Positions 16,944 through 26,409 of a DNA stretch of 64,000 bases are shown piece after piece. The notes beneath the pieces are model-generated. The model saw nothing but the letters and a program-made list of their open reading frames with translations, was not told the DNA's origin and ran no database searches. Source of the stretch: a virus (taxonomy: Duplodnaviria > Caudoviricetes). The DNA lies in the IMG/VR virus record IMGVR_UViG_3300044691_000535, positions 1,253 to 65,252 of that record. One strand, written 5' to 3'. Every line of letters begins with the position of its first letter. Positions within the stretch are counted from its first letter, which is position 1. A program made the position numbers and the translations under genes.

Positions 16944-18787
16944 TGGTGGCGCGAGCACAGGAGGGCGCCTGGTCGGCCGAGCGCTGTGCGAGGCTGTTGA
17001 GCAAGCCCAAGAAGAGTCCCACGGGCTGGAAGGCCTGCTGCCCCGCGCACGAGGATTCAGAACCCTCCTTGTTCCTGGCGGATGGAGACGACGGGCTCGC
17101 GCTGGTGTGTTACGCCGGCTGCGACTATCGCAACATCGTGCAGGCGCTCGAGGCGAAGGGCGCGGTGGTCAATCCGTCGCACGATCGCTCCATTATTCCT
17201 GCAGAGCATTTCCAACTCGGCGGCTACCACAGTTACTGGGATTACCGGGATGCCAGCGGCCGACTGCTGATGCGGATCTGTCGCTGGGAACAGCCGGACG
17301 GCAAGAAGGATATCCGCCCGCTGATTCGCGATATCGACGGATGGAAGTGGGGGCATCACCCCAATCCAAGACCGCTGTTCCAACTCGACAGGCTGGCGAA
17401 CGAGCCGGATGCGCCGGTGATCATTACCGAGGGCGAGAAGACCGCCAGCGCGGCGCAGAAGCTCTTCCCGGAACACGTTTCGACGACGTGGCCGGGCGGC
17501 GCGCAGGCGATGGGGCAGGCGGATTGGTCGCCGCTCACCGGCCGCACGGTTGTCATCGTGCCGGACTGCGATTCACCTGGGCGCAAAGCCATGGCCTGGG
17601 TGGTGCAACATCTCAAGGCCGTCGCGCAAAACGTGCGGGTCGTCGATCCGGGGCGCCTCGCCAAGGACTTGCCCAAGGGCTGGGATTTGGCGGATGCGCT
17701 ATACGAGGGACGAGATGTCTCGCAGTGGTTGCTGCCCGAGAAGGCACCCCCGCCGCGGCTCATCGAGTTGGGTTTCACGGTCAAGGAAGCCTGCGCGCAT
17801 ACCGACCTGCCGTATCTGGTCAAGGAGATGTTCGACCGCGGTCAGGTCATCGTGTTGTGGGGCGCACCCGGCAGCGGCAAAACCTTCGTAGCGCTGCATT
17901 TGGCGTCCCACATCGGCGCGGGTCTCGCCTGGGCCGGGCGACGCGTGAAGCGCGGAATTGTGTTCTACATTTGCGCGGAATCGACGCGCAAACGGTTGGA
18001 AAATCGAGTGATCGTCTTGCGGGAGAAGTATCCCGAGCTCACCGATGCTCTGGTCTTTTTCGTCCCCGTTCAACTCAACCTGCTCAGTGGTGCGTCCGAT
18101 CTCGAAGATGTCCTTGCTGCGTGCAAGGCGCTCGAATCCCAGATGGGAGAGCAGGTGGCTTTGATCGTCGTCGATACGCTCTCCGTGACGTTCGGCGGTG
18201 GGGACGAGAACGGACCTGAGGATATGGGCTTGTACGTCTCCAACATCAAACGATTGAAGGACATCACCGGGGCGGCGGTGCTCATTGTGCACCATTCCGG
18301 CAAGGATGAATCCCGCGGGATGCGGGGGCACTCTGCGTTGCTGGGAGCCTTGGATGCGGAGTTGATTGTCGAGAAACTGGATGCGACCCCAGGGTGGCCG
18401 TCGCGAATGTTGAAGTCCGGCAAGTTGCGCGAAGGCCAGTCCAATGCGGATATCTTCCCGTTCGACCTCGAGGTGCGCTCCTTGGGGTTAGACCCAGATG
18501 GTGATGTCGTGAGTACCTGCGTAGTGATGCCTGCGAGCGTCAGCGCCGAGAGGTTACGGCGTCCGTCAGTGGGAACACAGGCGAAGCTGTTGAGCGCTCT
18601 AGAACGAGCTCACCGGGGCGGGCAGCCGGTGTGGACGGACAAGGAAATTCGGGAGATCGCTAAAGCCCATATGGGTCGCAATGCCATCACCCAAGCCATC
18701 CTGGCCTTGGCGGACGGTGGATTCCTCAGGCAATCAGTCGGTGGATTTATTTTGGCTTCGCCCCCTGAATTAAGGGGTCAGCCTTGA
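16943..18787 (+). CDS. Primase-helicase (Zn finger, TOPRIM, RepA/AAA_25-like helicase)
   Basis: CCPAHED..PSL; ITEGEK and PDCD..G TOPRIM; GAPGSGKT, IVVDT, IVHHSGKD..RGMRGHS. Confidence 0.9.
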   Translation: MVARAQEGAWSAERCARLLSKPKKSPTGWKACCPAHEDSEPSLFLADGDDGLALVCYAGCDYRNIVQALEAKGAVVNPSHDRSIIPAEHFQLGGYHSYWDYRDASGRLLMRICRWEQPDGKKDIRPLIRDIDGWKWGHHPNPRPLFQLDRLANEPDAPVIITEGEKTASAAQKLFPEHVSTTWPGGAQAMGQADWSPLTGRTVVIVPDCDSPGRKAMAWVVQHLKAVAQNVRVVDPGRLAKDLPKGWDLADALYEGRDVSQWLLPEKAPPPRLIELGFTVKEACAHTDLPYLVKEMFDRGQVIVLWGAPGSGKTFVALHLASHIGAGLAWAGRRVKRGIVFYICAESTRKRLENRVIVLREKYPELTDALVFFVPVQLNLLSGASDLEDVLAACKALESQMGEQVALIVVDTLSVTFGGGDENGPEDMGLYVSNIKRLKDITGAAVLIVHHSGKDESRGMRGHSALLGALDAELIVEKLDATPGWPSRMLKSGKLREGQSNADIFPFDLEVRSLGLDPDGDVVSTCVVMPASVSAERLRRPSVGTQAKLLSALERAHRGGQPVWTDKEIREIAKAHMGRNAITQAILALADGGFLRQSVGGFILASPPELRGQP

Positions 18788-18793
18788 TATATC

Positions 18794-19033
18794 TGCACGA
18801 TTTGCACTTTTGGTGTTGGTCTAAATCGACCCACTTGTGACTTCTTTAAAACATGGCAATTAGGATTTAAATCAATGACTTATGATTTGTGTGTTGGGGT
18901 GTTTCGGGGTATGCACGATCTGCACGCCCCCTTTAGGGGGAGCGTGCATATGCAGGATCGTGCATGCCCCCGAGTACACCGGATGCACGATTTGCACTAT
19001 TTCCAACAGTGCAGACACCGTGCAGATCGTGCA
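18794..19033. repeat. Putative replication origin with TGCACGATYTGCAC iterons and an IHF site
   Basis: Direct copies at 18794, 18912, 18984; inverted copy at 19020-19033 and an imperfect one near 18950; AT-rich patch; AATCAAtgacTTA at 18870-18882. Confidence 0.75.
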
Positions 19034-19050
19034 CAGGTGGAAATCACCCC

Positions 19051-19431
19051 ATGAGCGGGGAACTGAAACAGCGCTTCGGGTCCGCGGTCGGCGGGGAACG
19101 GAAGGAAACCTCATCGGCGCAGCCAGCTCCCGGGGAAACCCTGCCGCTGCTGTTCAATCTCGAGGCGGAAGCCTGGCTCACCGAGCGGCTGAAGGATCAC
19201 GGGGTAGATCTCTACGCCGATGGTCCGGTCTTCACGCACTTTCGCGACCGGCTGCGCAAGGTCATCACGGACAACCGGATCGAGTCCGTCATCATCGGTC
19301 GTCGTGAAGGCAAGCCTGAGACCTATGCCGCCTGTTTCGAGCGACTCTACGAGCAGCCGCTGAAGGTGAAGGCGAGTAAACAACAATCGAAGGTTCCACG
19401 TGGAACCAACACACTCCAGGAATCAACATGA
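19051..19431 (+). CDS. Hypothetical protein
   Basis: AGGTGG RBS; coupled to the next gene. Confidence 0.65.
   Translation: MSGELKQRFGSAVGGERKETSSAQPAPGETLPLLFNLEAEAWLTERLKDHGVDLYADGPVFTHFRDRLRKVITDNRIESVIIGRREGKPETYAACFERLYEQPLKVKASKQQSKVPRGTNTLQEST
19392..19407. promoter_or_regulatory. parS-like palindrome GGTTCCACGTGGAACC
   Basis: Perfect 16-bp palindrome with the same core as 3376-3389. Confidence 0.7.
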
Positions 19432-20264
19432 AAACCTATTCTCCCGCTCCCGATGTTCACGATGTGCTCAACCACATCGCCTACGAGTATCACATCGAGT
19501 TGGCTGGCGTAAAAATCGCGACGTTGTTCGCGTTTGATGATGAAAGCTCGCTGCCGACTCTCAAGCATCAGGGCTATCCGGCGCAGGCCATCGCACGCAT
19601 CGTCTCGGTGCGGGACCGCGCACTCGGAATGGCGGATGCCAACATCATCGTAGACCGGGCCAGTTGGCTCACGCTTTCGCAGCCTCAGCGCGAGGCGCTC
19701 CTCGACCATGAACTGACGCATCTCACGCGCAAGCTAGACGATGAATCCGGACAGCCGCTCGCCGACGTGCTGGGGCGCCCGAAGCTGGCAATACGACAGC
19801 ATGACCACCAGTTTGGTTGGTTCGATGAGATTGCGCAGCGGCATGGCGATGCAAGTCCGGAAGTCAGGCAGGCCAAGCGCTTGATGGAATCCTCGGGGCA
19901 GTTGTATTTCAATTTCGGCCCGCGCACCACTACCCCGCTCTACGGCAATGTCCCCGTTCGCGATGAGACACACGTCTGGTGGCAGCACGGCACAAGTGGC
20001 GAGCAATCCAACGGCCCGCGCTGCGACTTACCGCAAGGCTGTGTTGAGATCGACCCACCGGCGGGCAGCCAGAGCGAAGCGCAGCAAACCGCGGAGCGCA
20101 TCGCCGCCGCGGCCGGTGAGGGCGGCACACCGGATGACTCAGCCGACTTCGAGGCGGGGCTTGCCAAACAGGTGGGTGCCCGCAAGAAACGCGGCAGCCA
20201 CGTGATCGATGGGCGCTCGGAGCGGGTGAAGCATCAGGACAGCAAACGCGATGGGGCGCACTAA
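19428..20264 (+). CDS. Phage putative metallopeptidase
   Basis: W..LS..QREALLDHELTH (HExxH) followed by IRQHD. Confidence 0.8.
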   Translation: MKTYSPAPDVHDVLNHIAYEYHIELAGVKIATLFAFDDESSLPTLKHQGYPAQAIARIVSVRDRALGMADANIIVDRASWLTLSQPQREALLDHELTHLTRKLDDESGQPLADVLGRPKLAIRQHDHQFGWFDEIAQRHGDASPEVRQAKRLMESSGQLYFNFGPRTTTPLYGNVPVRDETHVWWQHGTSGEQSNGPRCDLPQGCVEIDPPAGSQSEAQQTAERIAAAAGEGGTPDDSADFEAGLAKQVGARKKRGSHVIDGRSERVKHQDSKRDGAH

Positions 20265-20265
20265 C

Positions 20266-20724
20266 ATGGACGCCGCACTGATGCATCAGACCGCGCCCTT
20301 TCCACAGGCGCTCGCGGATCTGGTGTTGCGCCTGTCGTATCGTCCCGGCTGGGGGTTCCGGCTCGCCAACATCGATCGCGACAAGGACGGCGAGGGGAGC
20401 GTTGTTGGCTCGGGACTGACACTCGATGTCCTCACGCGCGGCTACAACAGTTACCAACCCAGTGACGGGGAGACGTACCGGGTCCACCATTACTTCATCG
20501 TTCCGGCGGCGACGTACGATGCACACGCTTGGCGGCGCTGGCTGTTCGACCGTCTCGTGGATGTCGAGACCCACGAGTGCATGGAATTTTTCAAGATCGA
20601 CTCAAGTCGGCCGTTCGCGCCTTCACACGGCCCGGGTAACAGTCCATATACGGTCAGAGAGCGCCAGACCGAGGCCGATGCCCATACGATGTTTGATGGC
20701 ACTGCGACGCAGGGGACGGTATGA
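20266..20724 (+). CDS. Hypothetical phage protein
   Basis: VETHECMEFF...RPFAP.H motif. Confidence 0.7.
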   Translation: MDAALMHQTAPFPQALADLVLRLSYRPGWGFRLANIDRDKDGEGSVVGSGLTLDVLTRGYNSYQPSDGETYRVHHYFIVPAATYDAHAWRRWLFDRLVDVETHECMEFFKIDSSRPFAPSHGPGNSPYTVRERQTEADAHTMFDGTATQGTV

Positions 20725-20752
20725 ATAAAACTCATAGTCGAGGAGCACTAAC

Positions 20753-20956
20753 ATGGGCGTAGTCAACTTGCCGAAAGTCGAAGTGGTCACGTGGGCCGTG
20801 TACCAACCCGGTCAGTTCTCACCGGTCGCCTGGGTCGAGGCGAGCAGCTATGAGGTCGACGCGGAGACGCACATCCTGACCTTCCATCGTGACGGCAAGG
20901 TGCAGAGCGTATGGCATAGTTGGTGTCACATCGAGAGACAGGAGGAGTCGCACTGA
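20753..20956 (+). CDS. Hypothetical protein
   Basis: GAGGAG RBS. Confidence 0.65.
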   Translation: MGVVNLPKVEVVTWAVYQPGQFSPVAWVEASSYEVDAETHILTFHRDGKVQSVWHSWCHIERQEESH

Positions 20957-20957
20957 G

Positions 20958-21449
20958 ATGACAAAGCCAATTCCCTTGACGCAATGGCAAGCAGCAACAT
21001 TGCCAGAAGAATTACCGCGTCACATACGTCGTAGCATCGCCAAAGGTCCGGATGGATGTTGGCTGTGGATTCGATCAAAGAGTCGCGATGGATACGGCTG
21101 GACGAGTTTCGATAACAAAACATACCAAGCGCATCGGTTGGTTTATACGCTTTTGCGTGGCAAGCCACGTAAGGACTTGCAACTGGACCATCTATGCAGA
21201 GTGCGTCACTGTGTCAATCCAAATCATCTGGAGCCGGTAACATGTCTGAAAAATCTCATGAGGTCTCCACTGACTCCGGCTGGAATGGAGACATGCGCGA
21301 AAGGTCATCAGTTCATACACAACGGTCATCAGCGCCGATGCCCAACATGTCTAGCGGAATACGAGGCAACGGAAGAAAGGCGGCAGAAACGGCGCAGGGA
21401 TTGGAGGAATTGGTTTGCCCGTCAAAAAGCCAAACAAGCAACTGTGTGA
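20958..21449 (+). CDS. HNH endonuclease
   Basis: CWLW, AHRLVY, LDHLCRVRHCVNPNHLEPVT..N. Confidence 0.9.
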   Translation: MTKPIPLTQWQAATLPEELPRHIRRSIAKGPDGCWLWIRSKSRDGYGWTSFDNKTYQAHRLVYTLLRGKPRKDLQLDHLCRVRHCVNPNHLEPVTCLKNLMRSPLTPAGMETCAKGHQFIHNGHQRRCPTCLAEYEATEERRQKRRRDWRNWFARQKAKQATV

Positions 21450-21910
21450 TTATCATCGTCTACGGTTCGCCAGCCGCTCAGGGCTCGAAGCGTTTCGTCG
21501 GAATCGCGAAGACAACAGGGCGTGGCATCATGGTGGAGATGTCCAAGAAAGTTGCCCCTTGGCGGCAGGACGTCAAGGCGGCTGCTGAACTAGTCAGGGC
21601 TGGCGCAGAGCCGATTGATGCGCCGCTGACAGTGCGCATGGTGTTCACAATGCCGAAGCCTGCCAGCGCTCCTAAGCGGCGCCGGACGTGGCCAATGCGT
21701 ACGCCTGACTTGTCGAAATTGTGCCGCTCAACAGAGGATGCGCTCACACAAGCGGGGGTTTGGCGGGACGATGCGCGTGTGGTGGAATACGATCGCCTCG
21801 CCAAAGTGTTTCCCAACGAAGATCCCGAAGCGCTGTCATCGCCAGGTGTACGGATTGAGATTCGACGGTTGGAGGATGCCCCGCAGCAAGCCACGCTGGC
21901 AGTCGCCTGA
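21446..21910 (+). CDS. rusA: RusA family Holliday junction resolvase
   Basis: G.PAAQGSKR, PDLSKLCRSTEDALT..GVWRDDARVV. Confidence 0.88.
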   Translation: MIIIVYGSPAAQGSKRFVGIAKTTGRGIMVEMSKKVAPWRQDVKAAAELVRAGAEPIDAPLTVRMVFTMPKPASAPKRRRTWPMRTPDLSKLCRSTEDALTQAGVWRDDARVVEYDRLAKVFPNEDPEALSSPGVRIEIRRLEDAPQQATLAVA

Positions 21911-22137
21911 TGCCCAACCAAACCCCACCGCGTCCCCCGGTCCGCTGCCTGTGCTGCGAGAAGCCCGTGCCCCACTATCGCCGCGGTATCAACATGCTCA
22001 CCGAGTACTGCGACTGTGTTTGTCTAGCGGCTCACCAGACACTGCAACCCATGGCGCTCGAATTCTGGCGCGCGCACTGCGAGAAGTTGCCGGTGAGTCG
22101 GCATCAGGCGCGGTTTGATGCGGCGGTGGTGTCATGA
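21910..22137 (+). CDS. Small Cys-rich hypothetical protein
   Basis: CLCC and CDCVC; coupled ORF. Confidence 0.55.
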   Translation: MPNQTPPRPPVRCLCCEKPVPHYRRGINMLTEYCDCVCLAAHQTLQPMALEFWRAHCEKLPVSRHQARFDAAVVS

Positions 22138-22343
22138 CTGACGAACTGTCGTTCAACCCCGCCCAGGACTCGCAATGCCTACGCCGCGACATTGCCCTGG
22201 CGTTGCTGCTGCGGTCGTTCTCAACGCTGTTGACGCAGACCTCCCGCCACGAAGACATCTCCGATTCGGTGGGCGCGTTGATTCCTGCGTGTTGGAAGAT
22301 TGCGGATCAGTTCATGGCGGCGGGGCAGAGGCTGACTCCATGA
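22134..22343 (+). CDS. Hypothetical protein
   Basis: ATGA-coupled ORF. Confidence 0.55.
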   Translation: MTDELSFNPAQDSQCLRRDIALALLLRSFSTLLTQTSRHEDISDSVGALIPACWKIADQFMAAGQRLTP

Positions 22344-22540
22344 GCACCCTCGAAATCCTCGCCTACGACCACATCCTATGGCGCAATCAAACACCGCAGC
22401 AGGTGCGAGACAAGTTGTATCCGACGGTGCATTTGAGCCAGATTGGTTATCCGCACCGCTCGCTGGATCCGCAGGCGGTGTTTTGTCAGGGGTGGAGCGT
22501 GGATGGCAAGGGGGTGACGCTGGTGGAGATAACACCATGA
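22340..22540 (+). CDS. Hypothetical protein
   Basis: ATGA-coupled ORF. Confidence 0.5.
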   Translation: MSTLEILAYDHILWRNQTPQQVRDKLYPTVHLSQIGYPHRSLDPQAVFCQGWSVDGKGVTLVEITP

Positions 22541-22650
22541 CGCGCTGGTCACGGTATGAGTGGTTTGAGATATGGGCGTTCGTCGGATGTGTAGTGTTGG
22601 TGGTCGTAATGTTGGTTGTGTTGATTCACTTTGTTGTCAAGTTTTGGTGA
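22537..22650 (+). CDS. Small membrane protein
   Basis: GGAG RBS; single transmembrane segment. Confidence 0.55.
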   Translation: MTRWSRYEWFEIWAFVGCVVLVVVMLVVLIHFVVKFW

Positions 22651-22653
22651 CCT

Positions 22654-23526
22654 ATGAAAGCAGCGGAATTAATTTCCATGTGCACCGCCCACGGAATCAG
22701 TTTGCCAGAAGTGGCAGGCTCCGCAAGCAACACCCACGGCCTCGCCAAGCAGCGCGTGATGAGCGGCAAGGAGCGCAAGGCGGCTCAGGAGGCGCACCTG
22801 AGTTGCGAAGTCGTGCCCAGCGCACGCGGCGCCGGCTCGCGCGTCTACCGCCGCCCTCAATGGTCGCTGGCCGAGCTCGGGCAGGCGGCCAAGGACGTGC
22901 CGGCCGTCCCCTGGCTAGCCGCTCAATACAGCTTCGCGCAGGATGTGAGTGCCTACGAGGCGCTGTGGAACGTGTTGGCGTTGAGAGCGCACGAAATCAG
23001 TCGCCGGGAAGCCTGGTCGCCGCGGGTGCGCGATACGGCGGGCAAGCCGCAGTTCTACCACGGCACCCTAGCTGCCCTGGTACTGGATGCGGAGATGCAT
23101 CGGCCGATCTTCCTGGCCGGCGGTTCGGCGCTGTTTGCGATCTACCTGAACGTGCCCACGGACACGTGGGAGCAGGTGTTATTCGGGCGGTATATCTCGC
23201 TGCAGGTGGTGTATGAGCGGTGGCTTGGAACCGCTCTGCGCAAGATCCAGCGGGCGCTGTCGCAACCGCAGGAGGTAAGCCCCGGATTTGACAATGGGAA
23301 ACCGCTCAGCGTAGGGTCCGCTCCTACAACTTGCGGCCCATCGGGGCCAACCGCGAAGGCAGTGCCTGGCGACGTTTCTGGTCCCCACGCTCGCCTCGAA
23401 GAAATACCTCCCTTGCAAGTTGTTGAAATCCCTGAAGATCGAATTGCGGTGGCGCCGGCGTTAACGGTCAATGGATACCGTGTTTTGGGGGTAGGGGGCA
23501 TCAAGCCTCTGGTTCCGAATCCTTAA
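22654..23526 (+). CDS. Hypothetical protein, positional candidate for the late-gene regulator (Q-like)
   Basis: Last gene before the terminase; helical; function inferred from position only. Confidence 0.5.
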   Translation: MKAAELISMCTAHGISLPEVAGSASNTHGLAKQRVMSGKERKAAQEAHLSCEVVPSARGAGSRVYRRPQWSLAELGQAAKDVPAVPWLAAQYSFAQDVSAYEALWNVLALRAHEISRREAWSPRVRDTAGKPQFYHGTLAALVLDAEMHRPIFLAGGSALFAIYLNVPTDTWEQVLFGRYISLQVVYERWLGTALRKIQRALSQPQEVSPGFDNGKPLSVGSAPTTCGPSGPTAKAVPGDVSGPHARLEEIPPLQVVEIPEDRIAVAPALTVNGYRVLGVGGIKPLVPNP

Positions 23527-23555
23527 GAAATCAACTTCGATGACCTCACCGGAGA

Positions 23556-24059
23556 ATGGCTGAAACGCCCAAATTGTTCATGTCCGAGACGACACGCGAA
23601 CCGACGAAAGCGACACCTGAAAAGCTCGATGAGTTTTTGTCTGCGCTGGCGGAAACCGCGAACGTCTCAGCAGCGGCGCTTCAGGTCGGGATCAATCGGC
23701 AGTACCTGTACCACCTGCGAGATAACGACCTGGTGTTCCAAGGCCGCTGGGAAGCCGCCGTCAAACTCGGTACCGCCGCCCTCGAGGACGAAGCCGCACG
23801 CCGCGCGAAGGACGGCTGGGACGAGCCCGTGTTCTACCAGGGCGAGCAGTGCGGACTGGTCCGCAAATTCTCCGACACGCTGCTGATCTTTTTGCTCAAA
23901 GCCCGGGACCCCAAATATCGCGAGCGTCTGGCTCTCAGTACGCCGCCCGGTGAACCGCTGCAATTCCAACATGTCGATGCCCTCACCGATGCGGAACTCG
24001 CGCTTATCGCCAGCCGAGGCCGCGCAACACCTGCTGAACCGCAGACGAGCGAGGACTGA
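23556..24059 (+). CDS. terS: Terminase small subunit
   Basis: HTH (NVSAAALQVGINRQYLY), LEDEA.RRA..G.DEPVFYQG...RKFSDTLLIFLLKA; directly upstream of TerL. Confidence 0.85.
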   Translation: MAETPKLFMSETTREPTKATPEKLDEFLSALAETANVSAAALQVGINRQYLYHLRDNDLVFQGRWEAAVKLGTAALEDEAARRAKDGWDEPVFYQGEQCGLVRKFSDTLLIFLLKARDPKYRERLALSTPPGEPLQFQHVDALTDAELALIASRGRATPAEPQTSED

Positions 24060-25587
24060 TCCGGAAACCTTCGCCGGGATTATCGATGTCCCCGGTCGCC
24101 CGCTGTCAGACGATCCTGACACGGAGTTGTTCGCGCCCGTCGAAACCAACCTCGCGGTCCACCACATCCTGATGCTGGCCGCGATGGAGCGCATCTCGGG
24201 GAGACGCTACGGACGGGGCATGTTCTTCATGCCGCCCGGTAGCGCGAAGACGACTTACGCGTCGGTCGTTTATCCCAGCCACTACATGGGGAAGCGTCCG
24301 CGCTCGCGACTGGGTGTGATCAGCTACGGTCAGGACCTGGCCAAGAAGATGGGCCGCCGGACGCGCGCCATTTGCCGACAGCCGCGCTACAACGCGATAT
24401 TCAACACCACCATCTCACCTGACTCGCACGCAGGTGACCTGTTTTCGCTGACCAATGGTAGCGAGTACATGGCCTCGGGTTGGTCTGGTATCACGGGCAA
24501 TCGCTTTGATGGCGCGATTGTGGATGATCCGGTCAGCGGCCGTGCGTCTGCCGAGTCAGAGCCCGATCGAGAATCTACTTGGAACGCCTACACCGACGAC
24601 CTGTTGTATCGGTTGGTTCCGGGCGGCTGGCTCGTGATCATCATGACACGCTGGCACCAGGAGGATATCGCCGGGCGCATCCTTCCTGAAGATTGGCAGG
24701 GCGACTCAGGGATGTTTGAATGCCGCGATGGCCGGCAGTGGGAAGTGTTGAATCTGCAGGCCAAGTGCGAGACCACCACGGATCCACTGGGCCGCAAGAT
24801 CGGTGAGTACCTGTGGCCTGAATGGTTCGATCAGTCGCATTGGGTGCCCTTCGAGCGGATCCCACGCTCATGGAATTCGCAGTGCCAGGGCCGGCCGCGT
24901 GCGGTGGAGGGCGCGTTCTTTCACGAGAACGACTTGTTGGTACGGACGGATATTGTGGGCGCGGATGGGCAGCCGATCTATGTGCCCATCGAGACGCCGA
25001 CCCGTGTTGACTTCGTGTATGCCGTGATCGACTCGGCCATGAAAACGGGCCGGGCGCATGACGGTCTGGCCGTCACGTTCTTTGCGCGTTCGATCCTCAA
25101 CACGGCCAACCCGCCGCTGGCGATTTGCGATTGGGATTACACGCAGATTCAGGGCGCGTTCCTGAACAAGTGGCTGCCCAGCGTATTCACCCGTCTTGAA
25201 GCGCTAGCCCGTCAGTGCCAAGCCTTCAAGGGCAGTGCAGGCGCGTTCATCGAGGACAAGGTCTCGGGTACGATCCTGTTGCAACAGTCGACGCAGCAAC
25301 CGGATTGGAATCCGGACTGGGTCACGCATGCCATCGATTCGAAGCTCACGATGTTGGGCAAGAAGGAACGCGCGCTCAATGTGTCCGGCCACGTCGCAGC
25401 CGGTGAAGTGAAGATGACGCGGCAAGCGTACGAGCGCGTCGTCACGTTCAAAAACTCCACCAAGAATCACATGCTCTCACAGGTGTTGAATATGTCCATG
25501 GAAAGCAAGGACACTGACCCGGACGATTTGCTCGACTGCTTTTCTTACTCGATTGCCATTGGTTTGGGAAATTCTGACGGCTTCTGA
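23971..25587 (+). CDS. terL: Terminase large subunit (exact start uncertain)
   Basis: MPPGSAKTT Walker A, IVDDP Walker B, IMTRWH.ED, nuclease motifs IDSA, IEDK, DDLLD. Confidence 0.93.
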   Translation: MSMPSPMRNSRLSPAEAAQHLLNRRRARTDPETFAGIIDVPGRPLSDDPDTELFAPVETNLAVHHILMLAAMERISGRRYGRGMFFMPPGSAKTTYASVVYPSHYMGKRPRSRLGVISYGQDLAKKMGRRTRAICRQPRYNAIFNTTISPDSHAGDLFSLTNGSEYMASGWSGITGNRFDGAIVDDPVSGRASAESEPDRESTWNAYTDDLLYRLVPGGWLVIIMTRWHQEDIAGRILPEDWQGDSGMFECRDGRQWEVLNLQAKCETTTDPLGRKIGEYLWPEWFDQSHWVPFERIPRSWNSQCQGRPRAVEGAFFHENDLLVRTDIVGADGQPIYVPIETPTRVDFVYAVIDSAMKTGRAHDGLAVTFFARSILNTANPPLAICDWDYTQIQGAFLNKWLPSVFTRLEALARQCQAFKGSAGAFIEDKVSGTILLQQSTQQPDWNPDWVTHAIDSKLTMLGKKERALNVSGHVAAGEVKMTRQAYERVVTFKNSTKNHMLSQVLNMSMESKDTDPDDLLDCFSYSIAIGLGNSDGF

Positions 25588-25790
25588 TTAGAGAAGTAAT
25601 CCGTTCTTTTGCGCGAACGCAATCGGATCTTTATTGTGTTTCTGTAGATTGCATTTCTGGCATGTTAGCTGAAGATTAGACCGGCCATTGCCGCCGCCTT
25701 TCGATACGGCAGTCCTGTGGTTCAACATGATATCCATCGCTAATGTTGTAGAAATCGCCATCGGTCTAGACAACCCCTTTTCTCGAAGGA
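25588..25790 (-). pseudogene. Truncated, frameshifted HNH endonuclease remnant
   Basis: HRTAVSKGG.N..NLQLTCQKCNLQK; the upstream DGYHV(D) segment is in another frame. Confidence 0.65.
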
Positions 25791-25799
25791 GCTTTCCTC

Positions 25800-26396
25800 A
25801 TGCTGACCCAGTTCCGAAAACTCGTGATGCCGCTGCTGCTCGTTGCGCTGGGCGTGTTGTCGGTGGTGTCTGCGCCGCCGGTGCAGGCTGCGGCGACGTC
25901 GAATTATTTCCAAAATCATGTTTTGGACGCCACGTTTCGCGGTCAGACTGCATTGACCCCGGCGACGGTCTATGTGGGGCTCTATACCGCGACCGCGACC
26001 GCGCAGAGCTGCACAGGTGAGGTATCTGGCGGTTCGTACGCTCGTCAAGGCGTCACAAGTTCCCTCGCCAACTGGGCGGGTACCCAGGGAGCGGGCACAA
26101 CTTCGGCCTCGAGTAACGCGAGCGGATCCACTGGGACGACCAGCAACAACGCGGCAATTACATTTCCAGCGCCAACGGCAAATTGGACGACAATCACAAC
26201 GTTCTGCCTATACGACGCTGTTTCCGGCGGCAACGAACTGATCTACAGTGCATTAACGACCCCGAAGACAGTCAACTCCGGGGATGCTGCCCCGGCCTTC
26301 GCAGCCGGAGCCCTAACGATAACAATCGGCGCTAACCTGCACGACCACTGGGCTCTGCAAGCTGCCAATGACGACACGTTCGCGCAGGCAGCCTAA
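25800..26396 (+). CDS. Phage structural-like beta protein carrying a Sec-type signal peptide
   Basis: GAAGGAG RBS; signal peptide ..VQA-A; SNY..N..LD, VYVGLYTA, EVSGGSYARQ, ITFPAPTANW, GGN motifs seen in phage minor structural proteins. Confidence 0.7.
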   Translation: MLTQFRKLVMPLLLVALGVLSVVSAPPVQAAATSNYFQNHVLDATFRGQTALTPATVYVGLYTATATAQSCTGEVSGGSYARQGVTSSLANWAGTQGAGTTSASSNASGSTGTTSNNAAITFPAPTANWTTITTFCLYDAVSGGNELIYSALTTPKTVNSGDAAPAFAAGALTITIGANLHDHWALQAANDDTFAQAA

Positions 26397-26409
26397 CTTC
26401 GAGGTTCCC

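Noticed and set aside
16660-18219. 519-aa plus-strand ORF overlapping the primase-helicase
   Set aside because: Out-of-frame shadow ORF with no recognisable motifs
18794-19033. CRISPR array
   Set aside because: Repeats are 14 bp, irregularly spaced and in both orientations, with no cas genes; iterons fit better
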